In this document: positions 11,181-20,710 of the stretch, piece after piece
Position numbering within the stretch: the stretch's first letter is position 1
How the letters are laid out: each line of letters starts with the position of its first letter
Notes under the pieces: model-generated
Seen by the model: only the letters and a program-made list of their open reading frames with translations
The model's database searches: none
What the model was told of the DNA's origin: nothing
NCBI GenBank assembly: GCA_963666365.2
Contig: CAXXNF010000001.1
Span: forward strand, 1,024,001-1,088,000
DNA length: 64,000 nt
Source of the DNA: Syntrophales bacterium
Lineage (GTDB): Bacteria; Desulfobacterota; Syntrophia; Syntrophales; UBA2210
Direction: 5' to 3'
Position numbers and translations under genes: made by a program

Positions 11181-11831
11181 ATGAAAAAAATCGCCCCTTC
11201 CATACTTTCGTCCGATTTCAGCAGGCTTGGCGAAGAAATAAAGGCCGTCGAAGCGGCAGGCGCCGACCTGATTCACGTGGATGTCATGGACGGGCATTTC
11301 GTGCCCAACCTGACCATAGGCGCCCCCATCGTCAAATCGATCAGAAAGGTCACGTCCCTCCCCTTTGACGTGCACCTCATGATTGAAAATCCCGATCGCT
11401 TCATCGACGACTTCATAGACGCGGGAAGCGATTATCTCACGGTCCATGCCGAGGCAGCGGCGCACCTCCACAGGACAATTCAGGCCATCAAGGCGAAGGG
11501 AGTCCGTGCCGGCGTATCGATAAACCCGGCCACACCGCTTGTACAGGTTGAATACGTGCTGGAAGACATCGATCTTCTCCTCATTATGACGGTTAACCCC
11601 GGCTTTGGCGGCCAGGAATTTATTTCCACCATGCTGCCGAAAATCCGCCAGGCGAGAGAGATGATCGACCGCATCGCCCCATCGGTGGCCCTGGAGGTGG
11701 ACGGCGGCGTCACAATCGATAATATCGAGACCATCGCGGCAGCCGGCGCCGACATCATCGTGGCCGGATCGGCCATCTTTCACAGCGGCGATTACCACGA
11801 CACCATCGACCGCATGAAAAAGAGCCTGTGA
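11181..11831 (+). CDS. rpe: Ribulose-phosphate 3-epimerase
   Basis: IAPSILSSDF, HVDVMDGHFVPNLT, DVHLMI, MTVNPGFGGQ, EVDGG. Confidence 0.97.
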   Translation: MKKIAPSILSSDFSRLGEEIKAVEAAGADLIHVDVMDGHFVPNLTIGAPIVKSIRKVTSLPFDVHLMIENPDRFIDDFIDAGSDYLTVHAEAAAHLHRTIQAIKAKGVRAGVSINPATPLVQVEYVLEDIDLLLIMTVNPGFGGQEFISTMLPKIRQAREMIDRIAPSVALEVDGGVTIDNIETIAAAGADIIVAGSAIFHSGDYHDTIDRMKKSL

Positions 11832-11875
11832 AGAAAAGCACATGCACTTCGCGCTGGGAATAAAGAAATTAATTC

Positions 11876-12037
11876 CTCTGAGTGCCGCGCACCTGCGAAC
11901 AGAAAACAAAAAACTCGCGCAGAGGCGCAGTGCCGCAGAGGATAAAGAAAAATAATCTTAATATTTTTTTACTCTGCGTCTCCGCGTCCCTGCGCGAGAA
12001 CAAAATTAAAAAAAGCGGTCCCTGCGCCTCGGCGGGA
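11876..12037. repeat. CGCAGAG-type inverted repeat element, copy B
   Basis: CTCGCGCAGAGGCGCAGTGCCGCAGAG (11914-11940) pairs with CTCTGCGTCTCCGCGTCCCTGCGCGAG (11972-11998) around an AT-rich spacer; partial arms at ~11876 and ~12020. Confidence 0.8.
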
Positions 12038-12042
12038 GGAGA

Positions 12043-12720
12043 ATGGTAATGACTATTAGCGATCTTTCGACCTATGATTTTAAGGGCTTTCTGGCGGAAT
12101 CGGAGGCGCGGCGGCTTTATACGCTGGCGAAAGAGGCGTCGCGCCTGGGTCCCTGTCTCGAAATCGGAAGCTACTGCGGGAAGTCCACGGCCTACCTCGG
12201 GATGGGGTGCAGGGAAAACGGCGCCATTCTCTTTTCCATAGATCACCACCGCGGATCGGAAGAACAGCAGCCGGGGGAGGAATATTTCGATCCGGACCTT
12301 CTGGATGCCGAAACGGGTCTGATCGACACCTTCAGAATATTCAGAAACACCATCACCGACCTCGCCTTAACGGACACGGTGATTCCCATCGTCGCACATT
12401 CCGATACGACGGCGCGCCACTGGAGGACACCGCTCTCCCTCGTGTTTATCGACGGCGGCCACAGTTTCGACGCGGCCTTTCGTGATTACAGCTGCTGGTC
12501 ACCCTTTATTCTACCGGGAGGATACCTGGTCATTCACGATATCTTTCCCGATCCCGCCAACGGCGGACAGGCGCCCTATTGCATATACCAACTCGCGCTC
12601 GCATCGGGTCTCTTCGAGGAACTTCCCCGTCTGGACACGCTGGGGGTGTTAAAACGGATCAGTCACGGCATATTGTCAAAAACGGCGGAAGATATCTGGA
12701 AAAAGCACCGCTGGGACTGA
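12043..12720 (+). CDS. Class I SAM-dependent methyltransferase (Methyltransf_24-like)
   Basis: LEIGSYCGKST, IDHHRGSEE, FIDGGHS, PGGYLVIHD. Confidence 0.85.
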   Translation: MVMTISDLSTYDFKGFLAESEARRLYTLAKEASRLGPCLEIGSYCGKSTAYLGMGCRENGAILFSIDHHRGSEEQQPGEEYFDPDLLDAETGLIDTFRIFRNTITDLALTDTVIPIVAHSDTTARHWRTPLSLVFIDGGHSFDAAFRDYSCWSPFILPGGYLVIHDIFPDPANGGQAPYCIYQLALASGLFEELPRLDTLGVLKRISHGILSKTAEDIWKKHRWD

Positions 12721-12767
12721 AGTGGACAGGGATCCGTCTGCCTCAAAAAACAGAGTCACAGGGATAC

Positions 12768-13931
12768 TCAGATCACACCAAGCAGGGCAAAGACCCTTTC
12801 AAACCTCTTTTCCCAGCTGTGGTCTCTTCGAGCCCGCTCGAAGCCCCGCCTCCTGATTTCTTCCCGTTTATCGGGATTCGCCAGAAAATATTCTATCTTT
12901 TCTACAAGATCATCGAAATCGTTATAGGTGGCGATTTCCTTCCCCGGTTCGTAGGCCAGTTTCAGCTCATCGTGATATTCAGTAAGGTAAAATCCGCCGC
13001 TCATGGGAATTTCGAAATCTCTTCCCTTCAGGCAGAAGGTGTCCCCGTGACCGTCCACGCTGCCGAATCCCAGGTTGATGCGACTCCGGGAGTAGAGACG
13101 CACCATCTCTTCGTGAGTGAGCGCTCCCCGGGGCCATCCGGCCCCGAAGGCCTCGACGCCAATGCCCCGTTCTCGCAGCTTCTGTATGATATGGGGCCGT
13201 TTCCCATAGCACTGCCCCACAAATGATACATCGATTGTTTTTCCTTCGTCATAGGGCCTGTGCACATCGGGATTGGCGCCTTCCGGCAGATAGAGGGGCA
13301 GCCCGCCCTCCACACAGTATTTTTTCAGGGCATCTTCAGTGCTGGTCCAACAGAGATCGAAATAGCGGCAGATATCACGCATGCCCATGGACTGTCCCCG
13401 GCGTAGTTTCCCCACGAAATACTCTTTATCGTTGAGACAGAGATTCACCATGGGGACATGAAGGGCTTGAAGTTTCTTCATCGTATCAGGAGTGACCAGG
13501 GCGCCCGACAGGTAGGCGAAGATTACATCGGTCCCATCGTCGGCAACCCATTTTTTTACCTCTTCGGCGAGCGCTTTGTTCATGCGCGCCTTGACGTGTC
13601 TGTGCCAATCCGGCTTCTGGTGGTCGAATTCATCGCCCCAGTCATAATGACGAAGATGACCGAATTTTTCCAGTGCCGGTTTGAGAGAATAATTTTCCCA
13701 GTTGTAGTGATGGTAGAGGGCGAGGATCTGTAAGGCGCCTTTCGGCTTTGCCCTCATTCCTGGATAGATCTCCGTCATACGTGTTCGAATCACTGTCTCA
13801 TCGGGCAGGGGGTGTCCACGCATATCGAACCGCTGTGAATAGTAACGCAGCTCCCTCTCAAGACGGTTCTTATTGCTCCACGCCCTGAACTGATGCCGGT
13901 ATTTTTTAAGTGGATCGTTCATCCTGTCCAT
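12768..13931 (-). CDS. Glycosyltransferase, CgeB/YkvP-like (Glyco_trans_1_2)
   Basis: DVSFVGQCYGKR, YSRSRINL, KGRDFEIPMSGGFYLT, DHSWEKR. Confidence 0.85.
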   Translation of the reverse strand: MDRMNDPLKKYRHQFRAWSNKNRLERELRYYSQRFDMRGHPLPDETVIRTRMTEIYPGMRAKPKGALQILALYHHYNWENYSLKPALEKFGHLRHYDWGDEFDHQKPDWHRHVKARMNKALAEEVKKWVADDGTDVIFAYLSGALVTPDTMKKLQALHVPMVNLCLNDKEYFVGKLRRGQSMGMRDICRYFDLCWTSTEDALKKYCVEGGLPLYLPEGANPDVHRPYDEGKTIDVSFVGQCYGKRPHIIQKLRERGIGVEAFGAGWPRGALTHEEMVRLYSRSRINLGFGSVDGHGDTFCLKGRDFEIPMSGGFYLTEYHDELKLAYEPGKEIATYNDFDDLVEKIEYFLANPDKREEIRRRGFERARRDHSWEKRFERVFALLGVI

Positions 13932-14859
13932 GCCCGTCGCGATGAATGGTGTAGAGCCTCGGTCCGTTCGATTTATTTTCCTGGCCGTTCATCATGTTCA
14001 GCACATGGCCTGCGTCGATGGCGGGTATGTGAAATGCGCCGGCCACATCAACACAGACCAGAAGAGAGCCGATGCCGCCGCCCACCAGGCAGAGATCAAC
14101 ATCCTGGGGAATTGCTGTCAGAACTTCACCCCGAATTGACTCCCAGCGCGTTGCCACATATGAATCGGGAATTTTGACCGATAGAATTTCAGGGCGACTC
14201 GAAAATCCTGCGAACCATTGGCTGCAGGCTTCCAGATTGCAGTCCGAACCGATGACACAGATCTTTTTTCCATCAACCAGCTCACTGAATTTTTTCGATG
14301 TCAGGTATGCGTACACCACATAAAAAGGTATATAATTATCAAGTGTTAAGTCGATATGAGACCTGTGGAGAAGTTCAAGAAAGTTGCGTGCGCCCCCATC
14401 CCCTTTCGGTGTATGAAAGAAGGAAAAAATGCCTCTTTCTTTCCGTCGGATATTCCCGGGAAAAATCAGGGAGGCGATTTTCCCGGTTTTTGCCAGAGTT
14501 TTCATCGCCTCTACATGCAGCGGCATCACACCCTTGATCGCCTCTATCGATTCCGCCTGCCGGTAGAGACCGTTGCAATCAAGTGTATGATCGTAAAAGG
14601 CATATTCTCCGTCGGCAAAACGAACGACCGGCGTAGATTCCCTGTGTTGCAGTCCCTTTTTAAGAAATTCATGTAAAATGGAGCAATACTCATCCCCCGT
14701 CGCCACCTCTCTGTGAAAAAGACAGGTTTCCTGGTCGGATATGTCTGCTGAATAGGCCTGTAACACAGGGCTGTTATCCACATCGCTCAATGCAAGCGCG
14801 TCAAATCGAAAGGTCCCTTCCTCTAAAAGTCCATCGAGATATTGTTTTTCTTTTCCCAT
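13906..14859 (-). CDS. Putative GT-D-fold (DUF1792-like) glycosyltransferase
   Basis: VVRFADGE (cf. RFGDGE) and C-terminal DLCLVGGG...AIDAGH (cf. AIDIGH); lies within the glycosyltransferase cluster. Confidence 0.6.
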   Translation of the reverse strand: MGKEKQYLDGLLEEGTFRFDALALSDVDNSPVLQAYSADISDQETCLFHREVATGDEYCSILHEFLKKGLQHRESTPVVRFADGEYAFYDHTLDCNGLYRQAESIEAIKGVMPLHVEAMKTLAKTGKIASLIFPGNIRRKERGIFSFFHTPKGDGGARNFLELLHRSHIDLTLDNYIPFYVVYAYLTSKKFSELVDGKKICVIGSDCNLEACSQWFAGFSSRPEILSVKIPDSYVATRWESIRGEVLTAIPQDVDLCLVGGGIGSLLVCVDVAGAFHIPAIDAGHVLNMMNGQENKSNGPRLYTIHRDGHGQDERST

Positions 14860-14881
14860 CACATTGAACCTCTTGCCTCGT

Positions 14882-15706
14882 TCACTCCTTTTTCGCCACC
14901 ACCGCGACACTATGGCCGGAATACCGCTTCGCGATCAGGCGGGCAAAGGGCCGAACAAGCAGTTTTTTTTCTAATTTTTCTTTCATATACTGGGAATGGT
15001 ACCTTTTCTCACGAAGAGGGGTAAATCCGAAGCGCACCAGCAGGGTATTGAGCGTTGCCGGCGTAAAATGATAGAGATGGTAGGGGAGGCTCCACCCATC
15101 CCAGGCATCCCACAGGTGTATCGCATCGGTTCCCTCATGATTCGGCACATCGACCACGAACAGACCGCCCGGTTTCAACCAGTGCCACGCCTTCTCCGCA
15201 TGTACCCTGGGATCGGGCGTATGTTCCAGTGCGTGCCACATGGTTATAATATCAAACGATTCGGGCTGAAACGTTACCTCCTCAATTGATCCGGTGGTTA
15301 CAGGTATCTTCAATGTCTCCTCTACATATGATGCCGAATCCCCGGATACATCCATTCCCTCAACTTCATAGCCGAAGGCATGGGCTGCATGGAGAAAATA
15401 TCCCAAGCCGCAGCCGATGTCGAGAATGCGCCCCTGCTTCTTTATGCCACGGAAAAACCTGATGCGATGATCTTCCTGCGAGAGGCGGCGCTTCATTTCC
15501 GGGGACCCTATTTTAAGCCCCTCATCATAATGACTTGAAAAATACTCGCTCCGATAGAGCTCATCCAATTCTTCCTTGCCGGGTCGGGGATCAAGAAATC
15601 CCAGCCCGCACCCGCCGCATTTGAAAACAGTCCATTTATCCTGTGAAATTAATTCCCTGCGGTGGGTGCTGTTACAAAGAATACAATGGACAGGGGCTCG
15701 TTCCAT
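14882..15706 (-). CDS. Class I SAM-dependent methyltransferase with N-terminal CxxC...CxxC zinc ribbon
   Basis: CILC...CGGC, RILDIGCGLG, FDIITMWHALEH, LKPGG. Confidence 0.88.
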   Translation of the reverse strand: MERAPVHCILCNSTHRRELISQDKWTVFKCGGCGLGFLDPRPGKEELDELYRSEYFSSHYDEGLKIGSPEMKRRLSQEDHRIRFFRGIKKQGRILDIGCGLGYFLHAAHAFGYEVEGMDVSGDSASYVEETLKIPVTTGSIEEVTFQPESFDIITMWHALEHTPDPRVHAEKAWHWLKPGGLFVVDVPNHEGTDAIHLWDAWDGWSLPYHLYHFTPATLNTLLVRFGFTPLREKRYHSQYMKEKLEKKLLVRPFARLIAKRYSGHSVAVVAKKE

Positions 15707-15714
15707 GTCGTCTC

Positions 15715-16623
15715 CTATTGTTGTAATGGGCCAAAGTTCCTGACAGTGTGACGAATGACCATGTATTTTTCAAGCTTTTCTTTCGCATGCCCTTTGTCCT
15801 TCATCAGGGGCAACGTAAGTTTCAAGGTCATAATTCTCCAGCACGCTTTTATGGCATCCGCTCTTTTAATCCGCAGGACAGTTTTCGGGGGATAATGCTT
15901 TCTATAAAACAGGTATTCTGCATTAATTTTTTTCTTCCATACTTCCGACAGGAGTGAGTGTTTTTCACTGTGCCCCCCCACATGGGTCACCACTGAGGAA
16001 TCGATATATCCTATTTCATATCCCAGCTTCCTCACTCTGAGGCACAGATCCTGATCTTCTCCGTAGAGAAAAAAATCGTCGTCAAATCCTTGAAGCCTCT
16101 CAATAATCTCGGCTCGGGCTATCATACTGGCGCCTAATACGCAGGCGATGGAACCGGGCAAACTGTCCAGTTCGTTTTTTGCGTAGCCTTGCCCCGGATA
16201 GCGATACGACACGGACCATTGCAGGCTGCCATCGGGATTGACAATCTTTGTGCCTGCAAGCCCTATGCGGGGATGCGAATCCATGTACATCATTGCCGCG
16301 CGCAAACCCTGAGGGGAAATCACCGCATCGGGGTTGAGGAAAAAAATATACCGCCCCCGGCACAGGGGGATCACTTGATTGTTGGCGGCGGCAAAACCGA
16401 CATTTTCCTTGTTGGCCACGAGAGAGACCGAGGGGAAGGTATGCTTTACAATGGCGGCACTCCCGTCGGAAGAGGCATTGTCAATGACGAATACTTCGCT
16501 TCCGATGTCCCGTGCCGCCAAAAGTGCGGCGAGGCAGGATCCGATCACCTCGGCGGAATTGTAGGTAACGACTATGACCGAGATATCAGTCTCAGTGGTG
16601 ACAGTTTTATTCAGCATTTTCAT
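15715..16623 (-). CDS. Glycosyltransferase family 2
   Basis: ISVIVVTYNS, VIDNASSDGS, NVGFAAANN, FLNPDA, FFLYGEDQD. Confidence 0.93.
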   Translation of the reverse strand: MKMLNKTVTTETDISVIVVTYNSAEVIGSCLAALLAARDIGSEVFVIDNASSDGSAAIVKHTFPSVSLVANKENVGFAAANNQVIPLCRGRYIFFLNPDAVISPQGLRAAMMYMDSHPRIGLAGTKIVNPDGSLQWSVSYRYPGQGYAKNELDSLPGSIACVLGASMIARAEIIERLQGFDDDFFLYGEDQDLCLRVRKLGYEIGYIDSSVVTHVGGHSEKHSLLSEVWKKKINAEYLFYRKHYPPKTVLRIKRADAIKACWRIMTLKLTLPLMKDKGHAKEKLEKYMVIRHTVRNFGPLQQ

Positions 16624-16712
16624 CCGCTATATCCGCAGCACTCCTCACTGTAATCCCTGCATGCAATCACCAGGCTCGATCTTCGGGACACGCCTTTTCA
16701 TTTTTTTTGCCC

Positions 16713-17420
16713 CTACGGTTTCTGGAACCAAAAACATCCGCACCCGTACCTTTCCTGGTCGGCCCTTTCTTTTGCAGCGTTTCGAATCAAACCTCCACTG
16801 CGGTTGTCCTCAGTAATCAGACTGAATTCCTTCATTATGAGATCTGAAAAATACCCCAGAATCTGATCATATGAATACACGCGGTGTGCATTAAACATTA
16901 TCCGGGCTGTCCCGATCGGTACTACAAACAGCAGGGAACCTCCCGGCGCTACAACCCGCTTCAGTTCGGCGATTGCCTTCAAATCACCGTCAGGATCAAG
17001 CACGTCGCCATAGCGCCCCAGTCCCACATGCTCCACCACATGCATGCATGAGATCGATTCCACACTGCCGTCTTCAAAGGGAAGGTGCAGAAGATCGGCG
17101 GCCTCCGAGGTCAGGTTATCGAGATTAAGCTTTGCCGGCCGATATTCGTAAAATTTTACCGGCACAAAGGCGGAAACGATGGTGCAAAATGACAGCGTTG
17201 AAGAAATATCGACATGAACGCCGGGACGAATCTGTGCGATAATCCGGGCGGCCCAGGCGGGATGATAGGTATAGTGGGGCTCAATATCGAGGCTGGGCAC
17301 TTTCTCGTTCAAGCAGGGATAACGGTCCTTCCATCGTAGCGTGAAGCGTCGTGGCGATTCTCTCAATAATCTTTTAAAGGCCAAATATTCTGATAAAAAT
17401 CGGGCGTATCGCAGTCTCAC
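16713..17420 (-). CDS. DUF268-like / methyltransferase-fold protein
   Basis: SISCMHVVEHVGLGRYGD...DPDGD, FNAHRVY motifs. Confidence 0.75.
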   Translation of the reverse strand: MRLRYARFLSEYLAFKRLLRESPRRFTLRWKDRYPCLNEKVPSLDIEPHYTYHPAWAARIIAQIRPGVHVDISSTLSFCTIVSAFVPVKFYEYRPAKLNLDNLTSEAADLLHLPFEDGSVESISCMHVVEHVGLGRYGDVLDPDGDLKAIAELKRVVAPGGSLLFVVPIGTARIMFNAHRVYSYDQILGYFSDLIMKEFSLITEDNRSGGLIRNAAKERADQERYGCGCFWFQKP

Positions 17421-17483
17421 ATTTTTCTCCCTGTCTTAAAATTTCTTTTTCTCAGCCATGAGCACCTTTACGTACCGCACTAA

Positions 17484-18260
17484 TCAATAGCGCACGTAAA
17501 TGTCACCCCAGAGGAATTCATCCTCACAGGCATGTAATGTTGTGTAAAGTGTGGAAGCATCAACCCATTCCGGGAGCAGCAATTCCATGGACTCGCCGAG
17601 CGAGCAGTTGAATTGCGCCGGTGCGATGGATAGCAAATGGGTAATGCATTTTTTAGTATCCTCGAAAAATTCTCGTGTGAATTCAAATGATATGTAGGGA
17701 ATAGGACGAGACAACCCCTTCAGCACCGGTTCCTCAAAACCTTCAACATCGATTTTGCAGAACTTCGGGAGTCCATATGTTTCGATTAAACCGTCCAGTG
17801 TGGTGATCTCAACCGTTTCCGTCTGACTCCAGCGGTACTGCGTTGAAAACCTTCCCTCATTTTTCCATTTATCAGACATTGTGGAAATTGTCGGTTCGTC
17901 GGCACATATGGCAAGTTCACCCACACCTTCTCGCTCACCAAGTGCCTTGTCAATGATAATGATATCCTTATTTCCTTTGAACCGTGAACGCAGTTTTATA
18001 AGACAGGAATGCTGTGGTTCGATACAGAGGACCTTTGCTCCAAGTCCCCAAAAGACTTCGGTCCTGTTACCGAAGTTTGCGCCCACATCAAAACAGAGGT
18101 CACCCTCATGAATGAACTGAGAATAAAAATCCATCATCGTCAAACAGGAACGCCAGGATCGAGGACAGAGGGCCTCAATCAATGAACCCGCCGGCCCATG
18201 CGATGCATGTCGCACTGACCTCAACATGTGCATGAATCTTTTATGTATCATCGCTTTCAT
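17484..18260 (-). CDS. FkbM family methyltransferase
   Basis: FDVGANFG, IEPQ, TTLD, FCKIDVEGFE. Confidence 0.9.
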   Translation of the reverse strand: MKAMIHKRFMHMLRSVRHASHGPAGSLIEALCPRSWRSCLTMMDFYSQFIHEGDLCFDVGANFGNRTEVFWGLGAKVLCIEPQHSCLIKLRSRFKGNKDIIIIDKALGEREGVGELAICADEPTISTMSDKWKNEGRFSTQYRWSQTETVEITTLDGLIETYGLPKFCKIDVEGFEEPVLKGLSRPIPYISFEFTREFFEDTKKCITHLLSIAPAQFNCSLGESMELLLPEWVDASTLYTTLHACEDEFLWGDIYVRY

Positions 18261-18306
18261 TCTCTTGTATGTGACACATTGTGCAGCAAGAACCGTCCGT
18301 TACCAT

Positions 18307-19107
18307 TCAGACATTCCCCCTTGTAAGTGATGAGGCGGGGTAGTCCTTTCTGACAATCAACCAGTTTTGATACTGAAAGGTTTCAAGCCTCTGATCATAT
18401 CGCGGAACATTTCGTATCCCTTCCGGATAGATTTTGTAGAAACTATAGTCAAAATTCTCGAAAAATTGAAAAATATCTTTCAGAAAGACATGTGAATCAA
18501 TATTACATCCCCCATATTCAAATTGAATCATTTTAACCAGGGAATGTTCAAATAGTGATCTACCCCCCTTAAACACTTCAAGCTCATGTCCTTCAACATC
18601 TATTTTCATGTAGTCGATTTCCGAAATTTTATTTCTGCTGCAGTAGTGTTCAAGCGTATCAAGTTTCACCTGCTCCTGTTGCCTTTGAGTCTCGAGCCCC
18701 CATCCATTTTCCAGGCCATGCCTCTGATAGAGCGAATTAAGCCCCGAAGCCCCCTCGAAAACAAAGAGCGTTTGTTCGCCTTCAACGGAACTTAATGCCA
18801 CGTTGTTACAATGGACATTCGAAGGAAATTCATTTGCGGTTAATGTGGCAAATGTCCGCGCGCTTGGTTCAAAGCAGTGGATTTCCAGGCGGTGATTAAT
18901 CGCAAGACCAAGCTTTGTCCACTCTCCGATATGTGCGCCTATGTCGAAAACCACTTGACACGTTCCCAGAGTGCGCTGCATGACTCGCAACTCGCCATTG
19001 GTTCTAATATCGGCATTATTTTCGCCATTGTACTTATCCACATAACTCTTACAAAAATTGTAGATGTGCCGATTCTTGGGAAGTATTTTTAATAAGACAC
19101 GTTTCAT
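18307..19107 (-). CDS. FkbM family methyltransferase
   Basis: FDIGAHIGEW, CFEP, MKIDVEGHELEV, IQFEYG. Confidence 0.9.
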   Translation of the reverse strand: MKRVLLKILPKNRHIYNFCKSYVDKYNGENNADIRTNGELRVMQRTLGTCQVVFDIGAHIGEWTKLGLAINHRLEIHCFEPSARTFATLTANEFPSNVHCNNVALSSVEGEQTLFVFEGASGLNSLYQRHGLENGWGLETQRQQEQVKLDTLEHYCSRNKISEIDYMKIDVEGHELEVFKGGRSLFEHSLVKMIQFEYGGCNIDSHVFLKDIFQFFENFDYSFYKIYPEGIRNVPRYDQRLETFQYQNWLIVRKDYPASSLTRGNV

Positions 19108-19210
19108 AAAAACCTCTTCATCGTGTTGTCATCCTACCCGATGCCTTCCTGCATTTCCCCGGCTTCATTAAAATCCGCCATCATTCCTCATATATAAAAG
19201 GCGGCGCCTG

Positions 19211-20377
19211 TTACATTACCGGCCGCTCCATCTCTCTAACACGATCCCTGGTTTTTTCATACAGCAACCGCATCTTATCCGCTGCCGCATCCCAGCTGTG
19301 CAACCGGGCTGTTTTCAGGGCCGCCTCCGCCATGGAGCACCTTCTTGGTTCATCAAAGATGTCTTGGATGGTCTCTGCGATCATCGCCGCATCTGCCGAG
19401 TGTCCAACAACAAAGCCGTTCGTCCCCTGTGTCACCAGATCGGCTGCCCCGACGCGATCGCTGACGACAACGGGAACGGACGAGGCCATTGCCTCAAGTG
19501 CGGCCATGCCGAAGGTATCGAATTTTGAGAGCATGGCATATACGTCGGCACCCCGGTAATACCGTGCAATGTCCTCTTTGGCGACAACTCCGGTAAAGGA
19601 AACCTGGCCCTCGATGCCGAACTCCTTTGCCATGGCGCGGTACTTGCCTATATTCCCCCTACCCACGACAAGCAGGATAAAATCAGCGGTAGGCCGGATC
19701 GCCTTAAATCGACCCAAGGCCGCCAGTATTGTATCCAACCCCTTGATTTCAAAATTCATCGATACGAATAAAATGATACGAGTTTCGGAACCGAGGTAAT
19801 GCCGCTCGATCAGGTAACGGCGGCATTGGTCTCTTTCATATCGCTGAAATCGTTCCACATCGACGCCGGGATGCATGACCTCGATGTTTTTTGGGGACAC
19901 TTCATACTCACGGAGGAATTCCTGCCGCGAAAGTTCGGAAACGGCAAGAAATTTCCTGCAGTTGCCCCTTGTAATCAGGGAATGCTCCACCCAGGCCGTG
20001 CCGAAATCGTACAGACTCATCCGTTTTTTCCGCACGTCCCGCACCCATGCACGATGTGGAATGCCATGCATGGTAAAAATATGGGCTTCAAACACTCGTT
20101 CGTGGCTGTGAACAATGTCGAACCGCATACCGGAAAGCTTTCTCCTCACAAAGGAGGCAAAACTGATGGTGGTAAAAAGCTTCGGAAAGCTTATGACGGG
20201 TATGCGATGAAAGATAATCCGGTCCGTCTCGGCGCGCCACCGGTGGGCAAAGACATGCATCTCCCATCGCCCGTCGCGGGCAATCCGTTCCGTCAGTTCA
20301 AAGGCAAACTGTTCGGCCCCCCCTACGAGGCCATATTTGGGGATTATAACGGCTACTTTCCCAATTTGTTGATTCAT
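19211..20377 (-). CDS. Glycosyltransferase family 4 (RfaG-like)
   Basis: GGAEQF, HPGVD, KGLD, FDTFGMAALEAMAS. Confidence 0.9.
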   Translation of the reverse strand: MNQQIGKVAVIIPKYGLVGGAEQFAFELTERIARDGRWEMHVFAHRWRAETDRIIFHRIPVISFPKLFTTISFASFVRRKLSGMRFDIVHSHERVFEAHIFTMHGIPHRAWVRDVRKKRMSLYDFGTAWVEHSLITRGNCRKFLAVSELSRQEFLREYEVSPKNIEVMHPGVDVERFQRYERDQCRRYLIERHYLGSETRIILFVSMNFEIKGLDTILAALGRFKAIRPTADFILLVVGRGNIGKYRAMAKEFGIEGQVSFTGVVAKEDIARYYRGADVYAMLSKFDTFGMAALEAMASSVPVVVSDRVGAADLVTQGTNGFVVGHSADAAMIAETIQDIFDEPRRCSMAEAALKTARLHSWDAAADKMRLLYEKTRDRVREMERPVM

Positions 20378-20710
20378 GAACACTCTTCTTTTATACAAGG
20401 GGACGCACCTGCAGTACAGGGCTACAGGGTGCTGTATCATAAAGAACATTGAAAATCATCTTCTAAGTACTCGTTATGAAAGTGCGCGCATATAGCCTCT
20501 TCTTTTCCAGCCCCCCGTGATTTCAATCGACCGAGACCGCACGTGCCTGCATGTTTGATCACTTTTCTGGTTGACGGAACAGGTCGCTGTCTGGTATCAC
20601 ATGAGTCGGAAGAATAATTAACATTCTGATATTACTTAATATTAAAAGAATGAACCTGGCCTATCGCATGCATAGACATCTCTCGCCACGCTCATCACAG
20701 GGCTAACGCT

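Noticed and set aside
20610..20645. Possible Pho box upstream of the Na/Pi symporter (TTAACA...TTAATA)
   Set aside because: AT-rich but lacks a clear 11-bp direct-repeat period
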